Of a stretch of DNA of 64,000 nucleotides, positions 62,872 through 64,000 are shown piece by piece; position 1 is the first letter of the stretch; every line of letters starts with the position of its first letter. The position numbers were made by a program, and so were the translations under genes. The stretch is from NCBI GenBank assembly GCA_963662545.2, contig CAXXLL010000003.1, forward strand, positions 832,001-896,000, read 5' to 3'. The stretch is from Gammaproteobacteria bacterium (GTDB taxonomy: Bacteria > Pseudomonadota > Gammaproteobacteria > Ga0077536). The notes beneath the pieces were generated by a model. It made no database searches, was not told the origin of the DNA, and was given only the letters and a program-made list of their open reading frames with translations.

Positions 62872-64000
62872 TATTGGCATTTCTGGGTAGTGGCGGAAGA
62901 AATGCCGCAATGATTTTCAGTTTGAGGAATTCCTCATCACGATAGCCATAGGCGCGTCGTTGCAGGACCCGGATTTTGTTGTTGACCCCTTCGACCAATC
63001 CAAGACTGACTTTATTCTTAGCATCACAATAGGAAGCAATGCCATCCCAATGGGATTCAATCAGCTCAGCAAACTTGCGATACGGCGCCAATCGCTGCCA
63101 TTTCAGACTGTCCTTCCAGCGCTCGAAAAAGGCACGCGCGCCGCGCTCGGTACGGTAGTCCCAGAGTTGGCCGAAGGTTTCCTTGAGGACGTAGGCGGTG
63201 TTCAGACGCCGGTTGGCCTGGAGCAGTTTTTTCAGGGCTCGTCTGCCATCCAGATTCAGGTTCTCGCGTCGCGAGAGCAAGGTATATCGCTGGCCTTTGA
63301 TGTAACTCCTGTCCTTGCCGCGGAGACGTTTGTATTCACGGCGCCGGACTTCATCGAGAGCCTTTGAGAGGTGGCGCATGATATGGAACTTGTCATAGAT
63401 GATCCGCGCCTGCGGTGCGTTGTTCATGACCGAGTTACGGAACGGCTTCCACATGTCCATCGCCGCCAGTTCGATGCGAGCGCTCTTGTTCTCGCCCAAT
63501 GCCTGGAAAAACAGGTCGATGTCAGCCTCTTTGCGACCTTCACCACCGACCCAGATAGGACGCCCCCGATCCAGGTCACTGACGATGACCCGGTAGTTAT
63601 GTCCTTTGCGGATGGAGATCTCATCAATACCGATGGCCCGGGGTGCTGGCATGCCCGCCAGCTCAACCTGCTTTTGCATGTACAGCTTATCGAGGTCTTT
63701 CACCGTGCTGTGGTGCAGGCGTTCCCTCTCGGCGACAGCCTGGTTCGGCATGTCCCGGCACAGCTTGCCCACCTGCATGGCAAAGCGCTGCGTATAGCGA
63801 GGGTTCTTTGCCAGCCAGTCAAGATGTTCTACCTGCACGCCGCCGCACCTCCGGCAACTGACACGCCAGCGTTCGAACTCCAGGTAGATTCGCCATCCGG
63901 CAACTGACAGGTCTCGTACTCGCAGCACCTTCTTGTCGTAACGCCCGCGGCACCGGTGAGCACAGTGAGAACAGATCGCTGTTTTTTTCGCCTCTTGAGT
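62845..64000 (-). mobile_element. ISL3-family element, partial
   Basis: End begins GGGTCT directly after the transposase stop; other end outside the window. Confidence 0.8.
62849..64000 (-). CDS. ISL3-family transposase, 5' part outside the window
   Basis: CSHC and CRRC zinc ligands, IGIDE, AMDMW, YDKFH, VEGVNNKIR, RRAYGYR; frame open to the window edge. Confidence 0.92.
   Translation of the reverse strand, partial: TQEAKKTAICSHCAHRCRGRYDKKVLRVRDLSVAGWRIYLEFERWRVSCRRCGGVQVEHLDWLAKNPRYTQRFAMQVGKLCRDMPNQAVAERERLHHSTVKDLDKLYMQKQVELAGMPAPRAIGIDEISIRKGHNYRVIVSDLDRGRPIWVGGEGRKEADIDLFFQALGENKSARIELAAMDMWKPFRNSVMNNAPQARIIYDKFHIMRHLSKALDEVRRREYKRLRGKDRSYIKGQRYTLLSRRENLNLDGRRALKKLLQANRRLNTAYVLKETFGQLWDYRTERGARAFFERWKDSLKWQRLAPYRKFAELIESHWDGIASYCDAKNKVSLGLVEGVNNKIRVLQRRAYGYRDEEFLKLKIIAAFLPPLPRNANINPHVSA

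Larger units (their letters stand above)
52000..64000. mobile_element. Genomic island at the tRNA 3' end; far boundary lies outside the window
   Basis: Integrase right after the tRNA, three IS families, core synteny ends, visibly lower-GC cargo. Confidence 0.8.

Overview
Chromosomal window from a GC-rich gammaproteobacterium. Bases 1 to about 52,000 are mostly core genes: rsmG (partial), mnmG, a Gld-like ABC operon, glyQS-gmhB-plsC, hemB, glnA-DUF4124-glnL-glnG with sigma54 and NtrC sites, lptM-lysA, rhlB-trxA-rho, hinT/NUDIX/tesA/ybbAP, hemH, slt, cca, msrA, uppP, folM, folB, plsY, tsaD and rpsU-yqeY-dnaG-rpoD. The intergenic spaces hold several MITE families, a complete IS4 and a 158-bp tandem array. 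From tRNA-Ile2(CAT) at 51923 a genomic island begins, with a P4-type tyrosine integrase, an IS481-like element, IS1182, ISL3 and a PQQ dehydrogenase. The most notable structure is at 55.2-60.7 kb. Five same-orientation boundary elements, each made of three imperfect palindromic sites of about 24 bp at a near-fixed 58-bp pitch, separate single-gene cassettes. Three of the cassettes encode divergent paralogs of one uncharacterised membrane-anchored protein family. IS1182 and its MITEs insert specifically into the centre of these sites. The array looks like an integron-like cassette system without attC or intI. All calls come from reading the sequence and ORF track; no database searches were run.
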